IMG/VR virus record: IMGVR_UViG_3300045988_052681
DNA: 64,000 nt
Reading direction: 5' to 3' (one strand)
From: a virus
Below are positions 1 to 10,976 of the stretch, in pieces; position 1 is the first letter of the stretch, and each line of letters begins with the position of its first letter. The position numbers and the translations under genes are program-made. The notes under the pieces were generated by a model. It had not been told where the DNA came from. It ran no database searches and was given only the letters and a program-made list of their open reading frames with translations.

Positions 1-29
1 ATAAATTAGGATGATTACCTAATGGTTTC

Positions 30-329
30 CTACAAATTTAACATAATTTCATGGTTTCCCAGTATGAGGTAAATCTTGCCTTTTAGACGAGACAAGACAT
101 TACTCCATACTGCACTACCACCTAGAGCAAAATCTCCCAAATGGAAGACCGTATCATCGTCAGAGACCACATTATTCCAGTTTTCAACTAACATATCATT
201 CATATGATTAACGTCTTTAAATGGACGATTGCATAGATTGATAATGTTAGCATGACCAAAATGTGTATCTGACGTAAAGAATGTGTGCTCCGGGTCAAAT
301 TTAAATTTATCTGTCATCTTCCACAACAA
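30..329 (-). CDS. calcineurin-like metallophosphoesterase (short form)
   Basis: Motifs [16 protein letters not shown] and GNHE typical of the metallophosphatase fold; only 99 aa. Confidence 0.5.
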   Translation of the reverse strand: MLWKMTDKFKFDPEHTFFTSDTHFGHANIINLCNRPFKDVNHMNDMLVENWNNVVSDDDTVFHLGDFALGGSAVWSNVLSRLKGKIYLILGNHEIMLNL

Positions 330-649
330 TGTTTATATTTCTTGCCACTGCCACATGGACAAGGGGCATTACGACCTATTTTAGGATAAGGCCTAACATA
401 TGGTTCTCTTCTTAGGAAGTTAGCAAGATGTTTCCTTAGCAATGCTTCTTCCTCTTTCGACAATTCCTTGTCCATGTCTAGTGCGTCTTTAGCGTCCTGC
501 ATTCTGAATGTGATTAGATACTTTAAGAATAATATAAATCTGATAACTAAGTGCATCTTGTAGTCTAGGAGTTTTGCCTCTTCCTTATGAAGTTCTCGCT
601 TATATCTCCTAGTATCTGTTCGATACTTGTAGATTCCCTTCTGCATCAA
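314..649 (-). CDS. SEC-C motif-containing small protein
   Basis: C-terminal [18 protein letters not shown] zinc-binding SEC-C motif. Confidence 0.5.
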   Translation of the reverse strand: MMQKGIYKYRTDTRRYKRELHKEEAKLLDYKMHLVIRFILFLKYLITFRMQDAKDALDMDKELSKEEEALLRKHLANFLRREPYVRPYPKIGRNAPCPCGSGKKYKHCCGR

Positions 650-1556
650 TATCTATATAGTCATCCAACAGTAATCTATCTCGTAATTCAATTGCAAGTT
701 CTCTTGCCTGCGGATGAGCATCATTTGCACATCTCAATTTCAAGAACTCTATCCATTGTTCAACAGTGCCAGTCATTATTAATTCTGTCTTTAGTGCTAA
801 AGGTAGTACATTTCTAGCCTGTTGAGCGGGCTCACCCTCTGTCAATAATCCGAAATATGTACTTTCTGCTTCACACATAGCTTGTATCCATGCAGCTTCA
901 GTTCGAGATAATCCTTCAGATATAGTTAAATCATAAGTATGACATAGTTCTATATTATATGAATTACCCTCGAACATATTCTTATACCAGCACGGTATTA
1001 TACAATTTAATTCCTTACCAAACTTAGCCTTAGAGTAATTGCAATACCTAGTACTTTCTTGAGCGAAGCTAAATAGTCTGTGTCTACAGAACTCTCTAGC
1101 AACTCCCATATCACATATAAATCTTACAGTGACACGTTTAACGTGATATTCTGTAAGTTCACACAAGTATTGCAAGTCCTCAAGCCAACCATTTTGGAGT
1201 AACACTCTATAGTTAGTAGTTATAGCTACAAAGCCATCAGGTATACCCGGGACTGGTTGTGCTTGTACAGCTTCCGAGTACTGATTCTCATTATACTTAC
1301 TCCAAAGTCTGTAAGCAATGGGATTAGAATCATCATTAGCCTTAAAGTCATATCTGAGATACACAGTACCATGCTCTAGCATAGCAGTATGTCCTCTAGC
1401 TATAATGACATTATTAATAAACTTCTTAGCACTGTCTTCTGTTATCTTGTCTTCAGACTTATAACAAGTCCTTGCACACAGTTCCATGTGTTTGAACAAA
1501 CCTTCAACACCTGGCTCCTGGTTAATAAGTTCTACTTTCGGTTTGATTAGGCGCAT
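609..1556 (-). CDS. thyX: FAD-dependent thymidylate synthase ThyX
   Basis: ThyX signature [11 protein letters not shown] (RHRxxxxxxS); N-terminal fold pattern typical of ThyX; ~315 aa. Confidence 0.85.
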   Translation of the reverse strand: MRLIKPKVELINQEPGVEGLFKHMELCARTCYKSEDKITEDSAKKFINNVIIARGHTAMLEHGTVYLRYDFKANDDSNPIAYRLWSKYNENQYSEAVQAQPVPGIPDGFVAITTNYRVLLQNGWLEDLQYLCELTEYHVKRVTVRFICDMGVAREFCRHRLFSFAQESTRYCNYSKAKFGKELNCIIPCWYKNMFEGNSYNIELCHTYDLTISEGLSRTEAAWIQAMCEAESTYFGLLTEGEPAQQARNVLPLALKTELIMTGTVEQWIEFLKLRCANDAHPQARELAIELRDRLLLDDYIDIDAEGNLQVSNRY

Positions 1557-1733
1557 TAAGCTTTAATTCTACTTCTTTAGATTTGCAATGAACATAATCT
1601 CTTAGTAGATGATAAGTTTTGGTACTTATCTCCATCTTCCAATCGTTAACAAACCTTACAAATTCATCATTGAAGTAAGCAACTGCGTCTAAATTAATTG
1701 CAAACCCGTCATCAGCTTCAACGAAATAAGCCA

Positions 1734-2141
1734 TTAATAGAATTTTACTTCTTTAGAACTATATTCATCTTGTTCGGAGACAAAGTCATTATCATTGACT
1801 ATCTCCTCCTGACAAGTATCTTTCTCTCTATCCCATATACATACCAGGTCGAGCATACTGTCAAGATGTTTTAAACTGTGGGGTGCTCTGTGATTTTGGT
1901 CAAAGTTACTGTACACTCTCTTAAATACCTTTATTATGTCCCATTCCCGATAACGTTCATCATCAGTATTCATGAGCATATTAAAAGTATATGACGTACC
2001 TTGCATATAACCACCCTGGCTCAAGAATACAATGTCTTTATTCTTAGAAGCATTAGGTGGTAAACAATCAGTGATTACTAGATATAGTTGTTGATTTCTC
2101 ATCTGAACAACCATTGTATTCTCTAAATCATTCAGAGTCAT
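1734..2141 (-). CDS. hypothetical protein
   Basis: Long ORF in operon context; no recognised motif. Confidence 0.4.
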   Translation of the reverse strand: MTLNDLENTMVVQMRNQQLYLVITDCLPPNASKNKDIVFLSQGGYMQGTSYTFNMLMNTDDERYREWDIIKVFKRVYSNFDQNHRAPHSLKHLDSMLDLVCIWDREKDTCQEEIVNDNDFVSEQDEYSSKEVKFY

Positions 2142-2637
2142 CGTCCCAGTTCATATAAGGGTTAGACGCGAGGTTATAGTTATAATACTTAGTATCTTCT
2201 GTAACCTCTTCTCCTACAAAGTCAGGCAGAGGAGGATTTAGAGTTGCCTGTGATAACTCGCACTCGGCAATTACTAATCCTTCATTCTCTCCTAAGAACT
2301 CATCAATTTCCCATTTGTTACCCATATGATATACTATGTAGCGTACCTTACGGATAACATTAGGACAGAACTTTAGAAGCTCCTGTGCTTCATACAATGG
2401 GATTTCTTGTTGCCATTCAGAACGACTAAGGGTTCCCTTAGCTTTAATAAATAGCCAACCATGATTGTCCCTAATAGCTATCCTAGTTTCGGAGAGAGGA
2501 TTGTCTCCAAGATAACCCTGGACTATCAATCCTGCTCTTTGAGCCTGCATTTTATAGCTATTGTTTTTCACTAAATACTTTCTTTCAACTTCAATCATAT
2601 TAATGTACCCAATGGTCTTCAATTGATATATCAGCAC
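2128..2637 (-). CDS. CYTH-domain (triphosphate tunnel metalloenzyme-like) protein
   Basis: N-terminal IEVERKYLV = ExExK CYTH signature; 169 aa. Confidence 0.5.
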   Translation of the reverse strand: MLIYQLKTIGYINMIEVERKYLVKNNSYKMQAQRAGLIVQGYLGDNPLSETRIAIRDNHGWLFIKAKGTLSRSEWQQEIPLYEAQELLKFCPNVIRKVRYIVYHMGNKWEIDEFLGENEGLVIAECELSQATLNPPLPDFVGEEVTEDTKYYNYNLASNPYMNWDDDSE

Positions 2638-4738
2638 CTAAATGAGCACGTACACAAAATGGTTCGCCTCCACTTTCCATACATTTAACTAGTATATTAC
2701 CTACTTCTTCAGCAATATCATCCGGTGCTTCAACATTATGTTCATCATGTACGGGAACACAATATTTAACTATAAATAGCAGATTGTTCTTCCTTAGCCA
2801 ATTGAAGAACTTAATTGCAGACAATTTGAAACACATAGAACCAGCATGTTGTATCGGATAGTTAATAGACTGCTTCATAGAATCAGATAACCTTCTTCTC
2901 AAATGCTGTGAGCTTGTTTTATAATAATTGTCCCCATTACGCCCTAGCATATACTTAGCTTCTGGAGACCCAAGTTCACTGTCGATTTTACACAGATTGT
3001 CCCAGTCATATATAAATGCCTTATGCTTAGTAATAGGATTAAGAAGGATATATCCCTTATCAAGGACATCTTCTCTCCTAAACTCCTGATATCTCTTTAG
3101 TCCAGAGAAACCAGACATATAGTTATTATATACTTCTTGAGCTCTTGCCTTAGTAAGACCATAATTCTTCATTAAAGTGTTCCAATCTCCACCATAATTA
3201 AAACAAAATTCATACCCTTTAGCAGCATCTCTAAGAGGTTTATATTTAGCTTTAACTTCAGATAGTGGAGTGTCATCGGGGATGTCTGTAAATACTATTC
3301 TGGCAGTTAGACTGTGTAAGTCACCACTACCATAGATAAGCTCTTCCAACATCGCCTTATCATTAGCAATGGATGCCATTAAGAAAGACTCCTGCCCTTT
3401 ATAATCACAACTAATCCATTTATACCCAGTATCAGAAATGAAACACGACCTAGTAAATGGGTCATGCGGCAAATTCATTAAAGACGGGTTAGTAGCGGAT
3501 AACCGCCCAGTATCAGCTCCTAATTGAAAATAGTCTGGATGAATCCTACCACTTACTGGATTAATTTTATCTATGAACTTCTGTCCAAAGGTATCAACTA
3601 GAATTTTAGCCTTCTTATATTCTACATAAAGAGGAACTATACTACACTTATGTGCTTGTGGCTTTATCAACTTAATATCAGCAGATTTCTTCTTCTGCTT
3701 AGTTTTAGCATCAATGGTAGTACAATTAAGTCCCAACATTTCAAATAGTGGAACTACTTGTTGACTACTAGACCAGTTAACGTTACATTTAGCTGAAGCG
3801 TCAAATCCACTGAATAAATCGCCTTGTAGATTCTTGGTAACATATGGGAAAGGTTTGTCATATTCATAGTGAATTAATCCGGTTTGCGGATTACAAACTC
3901 TCTTTATTTGTCCCATATGAGGGCCTACTTTGTCAAATAGTTGATTCTCATGCATAATGTCCACTTCCTCTGTGCAGGCTTTAATATAGCCTTCAGAAGA
4001 TTTATGTTCATTATAATAATTTTCAACCCACTCGTTAAGCTTAGCTTCTGCTTTATTAACTTCCTCTTTATCTCGAATCATCTTCTGCTTCCATTTTACT
4101 GGGTCAAGTTTAGCTCCACAATATTCCATATAGGCAATTACTGGAGTAAACTTCATTTCAAATTCAGCAGCCTTAGTTAATTCCTTCTTCTCTAGTTCTG
4201 CATCTTGCTTCTCTTTAATCTTAGTAAGATACATAACATCACCAGCAGCATATTGTACCACTGGTATGGTTAATCCTTGAGTGATAATCTGCCCTCGAAC
4301 AGTTTTATCAATATCTATACCAAGATAGTTATCAGCTGCCGCTTTTAAAGAAAGACTATGAAACTGGGGAGGATAGCCAAGATAGAGTAACTTCTCAGCA
4401 ATCATTCCATCCCATACATTATAAGGAACTATTTTATGGTGATATAGAAACCTTAAATCAAATGCAATATTCCAACCTAAGAAAGTCTTAGTAGGGTCTT
4501 CAAGGACACATTTAAGCTTCTCAATTGGAATAGTTACATTGTCAACGACTATTTGGTCTTCCCCTAAACCATACTGAGTACACAGTAATGGTTTTGTATA
4601 GGGGTCTAAACCAGCAGTTTCTGAATCATATTCTACCCAACTATGTGGCATAATCATGTCTATAGCATCAGATAGAGATAATTCCTTATAAGCGTCAGTT
4701 TCAAATAGTGACCTTTGATTACTGACTAGATATATCAT
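2600..4738 (-). CDS. DNA polymerase, family A, with 3'-5' proofreading exonuclease domain
   Basis: Exo I motif YDSETAGLD at N-terminus; pol motif A-like DYKGQESF; motif C VPVHDE; GAGG SD-like element 5 nt upstream of ATG. Confidence 0.9.
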   Translation of the reverse strand: MIYLVSNQRSLFETDAYKELSLSDAIDMIMPHSWVEYDSETAGLDPYTKPLLCTQYGLGEDQIVVDNVTIPIEKLKCVLEDPTKTFLGWNIAFDLRFLYHHKIVPYNVWDGMIAEKLLYLGYPPQFHSLSLKAAADNYLGIDIDKTVRGQIITQGLTIPVVQYAAGDVMYLTKIKEKQDAELEKKELTKAAEFEMKFTPVIAYMEYCGAKLDPVKWKQKMIRDKEEVNKAEAKLNEWVENYYNEHKSSEGYIKACTEEVDIMHENQLFDKVGPHMGQIKRVCNPQTGLIHYEYDKPFPYVTKNLQGDLFSGFDASAKCNVNWSSSQQVVPLFEMLGLNCTTIDAKTKQKKKSADIKLIKPQAHKCSIVPLYVEYKKAKILVDTFGQKFIDKINPVSGRIHPDYFQLGADTGRLSATNPSLMNLPHDPFTRSCFISDTGYKWISCDYKGQESFLMASIANDKAMLEELIYGSGDLHSLTARIVFTDIPDDTPLSEVKAKYKPLRDAAKGYEFCFNYGGDWNTLMKNYGLTKARAQEVYNNYMSGFSGLKRYQEFRREDVLDKGYILLNPITKHKAFIYDWDNLCKIDSELGSPEAKYMLGRNGDNYYKTSSQHLRRRLSDSMKQSINYPIQHAGSMCFKLSAIKFFNWLRKNNLLFIVKYCVPVHDEHNVEAPDDIAEEVGNILVKCMESGGEPFCVRAHLGADISIEDHWVH

Positions 4739-4959
4739 GAAACCTCAATATCAACAGTACTAATATCAACATCTCCTAAGCTACTAAGTGCGGCTTGTAT
4801 TCTGCTCTTAATAGCTTCTATGGCTTCATCTATATCCAAATGTCCGTAATATTCATACCATGCTAATCCCTTAGCATTTATGTCAACTTTGAAGACTTTC
4901 TCTTCTACATTATAAGGAGCAAATGGGTCACGTTCTGCTCCAGCTGGTAAATTACTCAT
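4735..4959 (-). CDS. hypothetical protein
   Basis: ORF overlaps polymerase start by 4 nt (operon coupling). Confidence 0.4.
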   Translation of the reverse strand: MSNLPAGAERDPFAPYNVEEKVFKVDINAKGLAWYEYYGHLDIDEAIEAIKSRIQAALSSLGDVDISTVDIEVS

Positions 4960-5019
4960 TAATTAATAGCTGTTAGAATTAATAATAAGTAATCTGTCCA
5001 CAGACCTCGTCACCGAGTC

Positions 5020-5643
5020 TTAATCAGCTGTATCGAAATACAGCAACGTTGGGTTATCTTTCTGTATATCTATAGAATCCAGATTCCTAATAGCTAACTG
5101 TTGAGCGAACTGATTAGTATCGAACCCTATCGTTATAAGATGATAACCATGTGCAGTTGGAATTACATGTTTAACTTTGATGTCTTGTGCACCTCTACAA
5201 CTATTAACAATTTCTATGATTGTGTTAAGATAGTTCTCGTCCTTACTATCAACATCCACAACCCATAGTGGCTTGTAGCCTCTAGCTCTAGTATGCCCAC
5301 AAGATGAATCCCAAATGCGATATCCTTGATAGCAGTTGCCTTCTTGGATTAGTTTGGCATACTCTTGTATAGCAGTACATGCCACTTCTTTAGCATTACG
5401 TCTATTCAAGGTAATGTATGCTCTTGCATGATTGCTCTGGCACAATTCAGTAATTTTAGCTCTTTTGCGCTCTAGCTGTTCCCTACTGAATATATAGTAA
5501 GTTTTAACGGTCCTATATCCGTTATTACCAGTATCAGTAACACAGCCGTCTTTCTTGCGTTGTATAATTTGCAAGAAATAGAACTCATCTGAATTATTAA
5601 ATTCCAGAATGTCTAGTATTTGGTCAAAATTATCTATTACCAT
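5020..5643 (-). CDS. hypothetical protein
   Basis: 207-aa ORF; no motif recognised. Confidence 0.4.
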   Translation of the reverse strand: MVIDNFDQILDILEFNNSDEFYFLQIIQRKKDGCVTDTGNNGYRTVKTYYIFSREQLERKRAKITELCQSNHARAYITLNRRNAKEVACTAIQEYAKLIQEGNCYQGYRIWDSSCGHTRARGYKPLWVVDVDSKDENYLNTIIEIVNSCRGAQDIKVKHVIPTAHGYHLITIGFDTNQFAQQLAIRNLDSIDIQKDNPTLLYFDTAD

Positions 5644-6302
5644 TCTTCTCGTCTTTAATTTCGTAATACCTGTCTATGGTAATGAAGAACAGAGCTAAAC
5701 AGAAACATTCTGTCATTAAAACAGGACATGTAAACAGAGCTACAAGCCCAACTATCATTCCTATTAACATCCAAGGTGCTGCCATAGCAAGCAAATTGCA
5801 TATAGTAGAATCATCGAAATTACTTCTTAGCCATTTGTTCATATCGCTTATCCCTTTCTTCAATTACTGATAATGGTGATACTCCAGGTTCTAAGGTTTC
5901 AATAAGTACAAATCCATTCTCTGGTGTAATCATTGATTCCTTCTCACTTACACTACCCTTATACTTCTCACCATAATCTCCCTCTACCTTCTTAGTAGCG
6001 GGATTGATATCTCCCCAATCTGAATGTCCTCCGATTGGTTCAACATAGTATTTCCTACCAGTCACTAATGATTGATATATAAATCTACCAGTGTCATCAG
6101 TGTTCTTTAGAAATCGTTTCTCTAAATCAGTCATTTGGAACTACATCTAAATCTGTCAAATAAAATGCATTGTCGTTTAAATCTCTTTGTACGAAGTATC
6201 CGTTAACTTCGACAGTTTCTCCTTTAAGAGTATGTATAGTTACTTCTCTGTCTCGGTCATACTTTTGGAGAATTTCAATCAGTTGTCCTACAAGTATTGC
6301 CA

Positions 6303-7223
6303 TTAGAACTTACCCTCATTCGGTTGTAGACAAATCAAGCCTTCATTTCTCCACATCTCCACACACTTACAATTGTCTTCAAGTACGAAAGGTATATAGA
6401 ACTTGCCTTTGATATTGTCCTCATACAGTTTCTTCTTACATATAGGACCAGCAGTAAAGCTCTTAACAGGACGCATGAGAAGTATGTCAGGATGCAACCA
6501 ATTGTTCTCTAACCACTGTTCCGTAGCTTTACGAACTTCAGGAGTATCCTCTCTACCAGTTAGAATTATTAACTTAGCAGGATAATTATCACAGAAGTTT
6601 CTAATAAGCTCAATGACAGGAGTAATAGGCTCATCAGTAAGCATACCTTCAGCTGCACCTTCTCCGTAGAAGGGACGGCCACTAGTATTCAAACATACAG
6701 TTGCATCCATATCTACAATGATTGCTGCTGGTAGGTTAGTATCTTGAACTAATGACTTAGCTTTGGCTGCCATAATTTCTTCATGGATTATGAAGTCCTT
6801 ATAACGCCTCCAAGTTTGCCTAATAACCTTCTCTCCAATTGGATTAGGTCTCATGGCATCCCGGCGAATACATTCTTCAACAGGAGTCCAAAAGTCCTTA
6901 TACTCTATATCAACATGTATTCCCTTGTCCTTCTCTATATTGGCACATAGAGTTCTAATCCATTCATCCTCTTTGGGATTCAGATTCATATTATCAACTA
7001 CTACATCGTAACCTTTAATCAAAGCAAACGTTATCATATTAGCTTTAGCTTCAGTAACTAGCTTCTCCCTATTAGGAACCCAGTAATCACCTAACATGTT
7101 ACGAATATCATCATTGTTAAATCTTACTCTGTGCTCTGGGTCTTCGTGACACCATTGTTTAGCCCAAGTAGATTTACCTGAACCTTGAATACCTCTACAA
7201 ATTATTAATACTTGCTTGTCCAT
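6303..7223 (-). CDS. polynucleotide 5'-kinase / 3'-phosphatase (T4 Pnk-like)
   Basis: N-terminal P-loop GIQGSGKST (kinase); C-terminal HAD motif IIVDMDATV (DxDxT phosphatase); same two-domain order as T4 PseT. Confidence 0.8.
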   Translation of the reverse strand: MDKQVLIICRGIQGSGKSTWAKQWCHEDPEHRVRFNNDDIRNMLGDYWVPNREKLVTEAKANMITFALIKGYDVVVDNMNLNPKEDEWIRTLCANIEKDKGIHVDIEYKDFWTPVEECIRRDAMRPNPIGEKVIRQTWRRYKDFIIHEEIMAAKAKSLVQDTNLPAAIIVDMDATVCLNTSGRPFYGEGAAEGMLTDEPITPVIELIRNFCDNYPAKLIILTGREDTPEVRKATEQWLENNWLHPDILLMRPVKSFTAGPICKKKLYEDNIKGKFYIPFVLEDNCKCVEMWRNEGLICLQPNEGKF

Positions 7224-7853
7224 AAAGATTCTTTAAAATTGAGTTTAAATTCGGCAGTATCCTCCCAATCCATTATATCTTCCGTGCTTTCGTAATCAAT
7301 CAGTTCGTATTCCCGACTTAAAACGTCTCCATCTTCTTCATAATAGTCGTTGTCCTTTATTCTAGTAATGGCATCCTCAACATTTTCTGCCTGAATCTTT
7401 ATATGTTCTTTAAGTGCCACTCTTGCTATTGATGTTACTACAAACTCAAATGTTTCCATTAATCAATATTACATAAGACATCACTGAATCCGCTATAATC
7501 TAAATCAGTTAAAACGTCCCGTATAAACGATATATAATCTCTTGTGCTTTGCAAATCTCGTATATACTCTTTAGTGGATATTATCTCCTCTATAGATTCA
7601 GGATTACCATAACAGAATTTCTCATATTCTGTACGTCTTGTTTCCGCCTTAGTAATGTCAGCATCAATGTCTTGAATTACTGATTCAACATCACTAATAG
7701 TGAGTTTAGTATACTTCTCCTCATTACCAGCATATGCTATATTGAGATTGTCAGAGAATCTCTGATATACCTCATTAGACCTACTAAATGATTGAAGTAG
7801 TAACTTCTCCTCCGGATGTGCCCTAGGCACTAAGTAAAATGATAAATAACTAC

Positions 7854-8630
7854 TCATTTCTCGTTAGTTGGCTTAAGCCATAAATTGGTCTTACTAAAGA
7901 TATAATCTCTAAGTCTTGGAAGGTAATCAAGATATGTTAAGGTTCTAATGGTATTGCATCTAAAACACTTAATCAGTTCCTCTCTAATTCTCTCCTCTGA
8001 CACTACTGGCATTTTAGAATCATAATCATATAACACCATAGCTTGCCAAGTTGTTTGCTCTATTGTGAATCTCTTAGTAACCGCAAACCTAATGGCTCTA
8101 AGTATCCTAAGAGGGTCATCATCGAATGTTGTTACAGGGTCGAGGGGAGTTCTTATCAAAGCATTCGTTATATCATGCTTACCATAAAAGTAGTCAATGA
8201 TTTCTCCAGTATCAGGGTCTTTAGCCATAGCATTAACAGTGAAATCTCTACGTGATAAATCATCATACAAGTTACCTGGTTCTACTATGGGAGTTCTAGT
8301 GCCTGGGACATATCCTACTTCCTTTCTAGCCATTACGAAGTCTGCCACACCTTGATACTTGTATCCTTCTGGGAACTTAGCACGTATAGTATAGCAATCT
8401 GGAGTTACTAAGAAGATTTCAAAGCCTTCTTTCCTCAAATGACTTTCTAACATAGTGAAGACTGCGTTAGCAGTATTTGGATAGATTCCGTCCACCAAAC
8501 ATTGTGCTTCCTCTATGTTACGCAGTAACTCCTCACTGGGTACAGCTACATAATCAACATCCTTATTGGTAAGACCTAGGAGTTCATCTCTAATCTTACC
8601 GCCTACTTCATAAAATTTAAAATCTTCCAT
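7854..8630 (-). CDS. class II nucleotidyltransferase (CCA-adding enzyme / poly(A) polymerase head domain)
   Basis: VGGKIRDELLG...KDVDYVA (GGxVRD + DxD) and RRDFTVNAMA motifs of CCA-adding enzymes; 258 aa minimal head-neck. Confidence 0.65.
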   Translation of the reverse strand: MEDFKFYEVGGKIRDELLGLTNKDVDYVAVPSEELLRNIEEAQCLVDGIYPNTANAVFTMLESHLRKEGFEIFLVTPDCYTIRAKFPEGYKYQGVADFVMARKEVGYVPGTRTPIVEPGNLYDDLSRRDFTVNAMAKDPDTGEIIDYFYGKHDITNALIRTPLDPVTTFDDDPLRILRAIRFAVTKRFTIEQTTWQAMVLYDYDSKMPVVSEERIREELIKCFRCNTIRTLTYLDYLPRLRDYIFSKTNLWLKPTNEK

Positions 8631-9587
8631 TAATAAAAATAATCTGATTCAACTTTCTGAATAATCTTCTCTCTGCTTCCTTTTAGACTATAGCCACTAC
8701 GTTCGTAACAACTAAAGTATTCTAAAACTTCATGTACTAAAAGATTAAAACTATGATTCTCGAAGTGATGCCCATCCACATCAATAGACCAACCACATCC
8801 ATCTAACCACCTATACACATTTAGATGCTTACCATTAACATGGTTTGGAAGGTTTGCTAATAGTGACAGATTATCCATTCTCTAATATTATAACAATTTA
8901 CCAGTCATACACACAACCGATTACTTGCTTCTCTTTAACGAACTCATATAGTTCATTAATAGCTTCATCCCACGTTAGGTCAGGAAATTGGGCATACTGT
9001 GATACATTACCATCTTCATCCTTGAAATCGGCTATGTCTAAGTAGTTCATATACTTGATTGTTGAATATCTGTCAAAGTAATCATAGCTTTCCAGGAAAG
9101 CAGGAAGTTCTATCCAAGGAGCTACTGGTAATAAATCATAGACAGTCAGCAGGTCAAGAGCTACCTCCTTAGAGATAGCTCCTTCATCTGCCTTCTTAAA
9201 TATTTCTTTAGCGAACTCAGCCTTGAACTGGTTCAATTTCTCCTTCATCGACTCTAGAGTCCGAATTTCTTTGTCTAAGTCTTCCATCATATATTAATAT
9301 GAGTTTATCAAATTCTTCATCTGTTCCTTCATAAGGAGTAATTTTATAGTTGTAGTAATCTTCCCACTCGATACTATCAACTACCTGTCTTATAGCTTCT
9401 TCAGTCATGTTATGATATTCATAACCTTCTGTAGTAACTATAAACGAATCTGGAACTATACCAACTGCGATTTCGAAAGCATATGCATCAGCTGCATTGT
9501 TCATGTCTTCATCAAACAAGCTCTCTGCGTATGCAGCATATCCACTATATGTTTCGAAATCATTAATGCAAGTTATAATATACCTGT

Positions 9588-10976
9588 TCATTGGTCAGAT
9601 TCTATATCAACTTCACCTTTATCTAATGCTTTAGATTCTGCAAATAAGAATCTATTACATTTTAACTTATATGCCCCAGATAGACCGTCTTCTATACGAA
9701 TCACTATACCTTCATGCGGCACATCATTGTGACATTCCGGAGATAGTTCTTCCATGAAGAAATTCTTGTCCTCGGCTAATCTTTGTATGAAATTCTCATT
9801 CCAGTGTTCAGATATAGATATATCCGGATATAAATCCTTCGCATATCCATAATACAGTTCTGTTACCGGAGTGAGGCCCTTATCTTTACACCATTGTTGC
9901 ACTTGTCTAGCACTAAATTCATACACTATTCCGTCAGGATTAGTATAAGTAATACGGTACACTCTGATACCAAAATGCACATTATACTTATATGGAGTAG
10001 TTTGAGTAGTAGGGTCGTATATTGGCATATCGTAACCATAATCATAAGCTTTACCTCCCATTGACTGAATTGCTCCTCCAGTAGGAAGCCAGCCTATAAT
10101 TTCATAATAGAGAGTTAATCCTTTAGTTAGAAATGGCTGTAATACTTTATGAGCTTCTCCCCACACATCACAGCCATAGTAACCCTCACTAACTTCCTTA
10201 TTATAATATTGGTTCTTTACAACCTTTCTAGAGGACCACAGATAGTCATATGCAGTGTCAGGCACATAGGTAAGCCAACCAGCTACCTTGTCTTTCCACT
10301 TCAATTGCCTTTTGCATAACACATCTGCTGATATTCCAGACGTGCCATGAACTTTACTAGTAATACTAATAATGTCCTTTGGCTTAATTATCCATGGACA
10401 CTTCTTAATAAGAATAGTATCGTAGTGGAATCTAAACTGATTGTCAACTAACTTGCTCAACCCTTTAGGCTGTTTACCAGTTCTAGTTTTATTACTAGAG
10501 CCAGAAGTTCTATTCTTTACTACGTACTTCTTACAAATAAACAGGTTTCCTACCCTATCAAATTCAATGCCGGCATCTATTCCAGTTACAGCTTCGGTAT
10601 GTCCAAGAGAGCTTATCCATTTAGTAATGGACTCTATAGACATAATAAATCCTTCTGAAACATGGCCCTGCAACTTAATAATCTTCACTCTTCCGTTATC
10701 TTCGAAATACCCAGGTGCTGCTTCCTTGTCAGCATTCAGCTCAATGTGTCTGAACTGGTTATTAGCTGACAAGAAAGAATAGTCAATAGCACATCCTATA
10801 GGGAAATACACATACATTCCAGGTTCTGTATCTTTACTAACCGAAATAGTATATCCGTCTATATGAGCACATTTAAGACGCTCGCACTTAGGGTTTGGGT
10901 GTGGTGTAAAATCGTGGATTTCCACAATCTTAGCACAATAGTTAATATTGATTTTAGGTGATTGATTTAATTGCAT
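9588..10976 (-). CDS. ATP-dependent RNA ligase (Rnl2/Rnl5-like nucleotidyltransferase domain with N-terminal extension)
   Basis: Motif I SKVHGTSG (KxHGxx), motif III YYEIIGW, motif IV HEGIVIRIEDG (EGxVxR), motif V AYKLK. Confidence 0.6.
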   Translation of the reverse strand: MQLNQSPKININYCAKIVEIHDFTPHPNPKCERLKCAHIDGYTISVSKDTEPGMYVYFPIGCAIDYSFLSANNQFRHIELNADKEAAPGYFEDNGRVKIIKLQGHVSEGFIMSIESITKWISSLGHTEAVTGIDAGIEFDRVGNLFICKKYVVKNRTSGSSNKTRTGKQPKGLSKLVDNQFRFHYDTILIKKCPWIIKPKDIISITSKVHGTSGISADVLCKRQLKWKDKVAGWLTYVPDTAYDYLWSSRKVVKNQYYNKEVSEGYYGCDVWGEAHKVLQPFLTKGLTLYYEIIGWLPTGGAIQSMGGKAYDYGYDMPIYDPTTQTTPYKYNVHFGIRVYRITYTNPDGIVYEFSARQVQQWCKDKGLTPVTELYYGYAKDLYPDISISEHWNENFIQRLAEDKNFFMEELSPECHNDVPHEGIVIRIEDGLSGAYKLKCNRFLFAESKALDKGEVDIESDQ

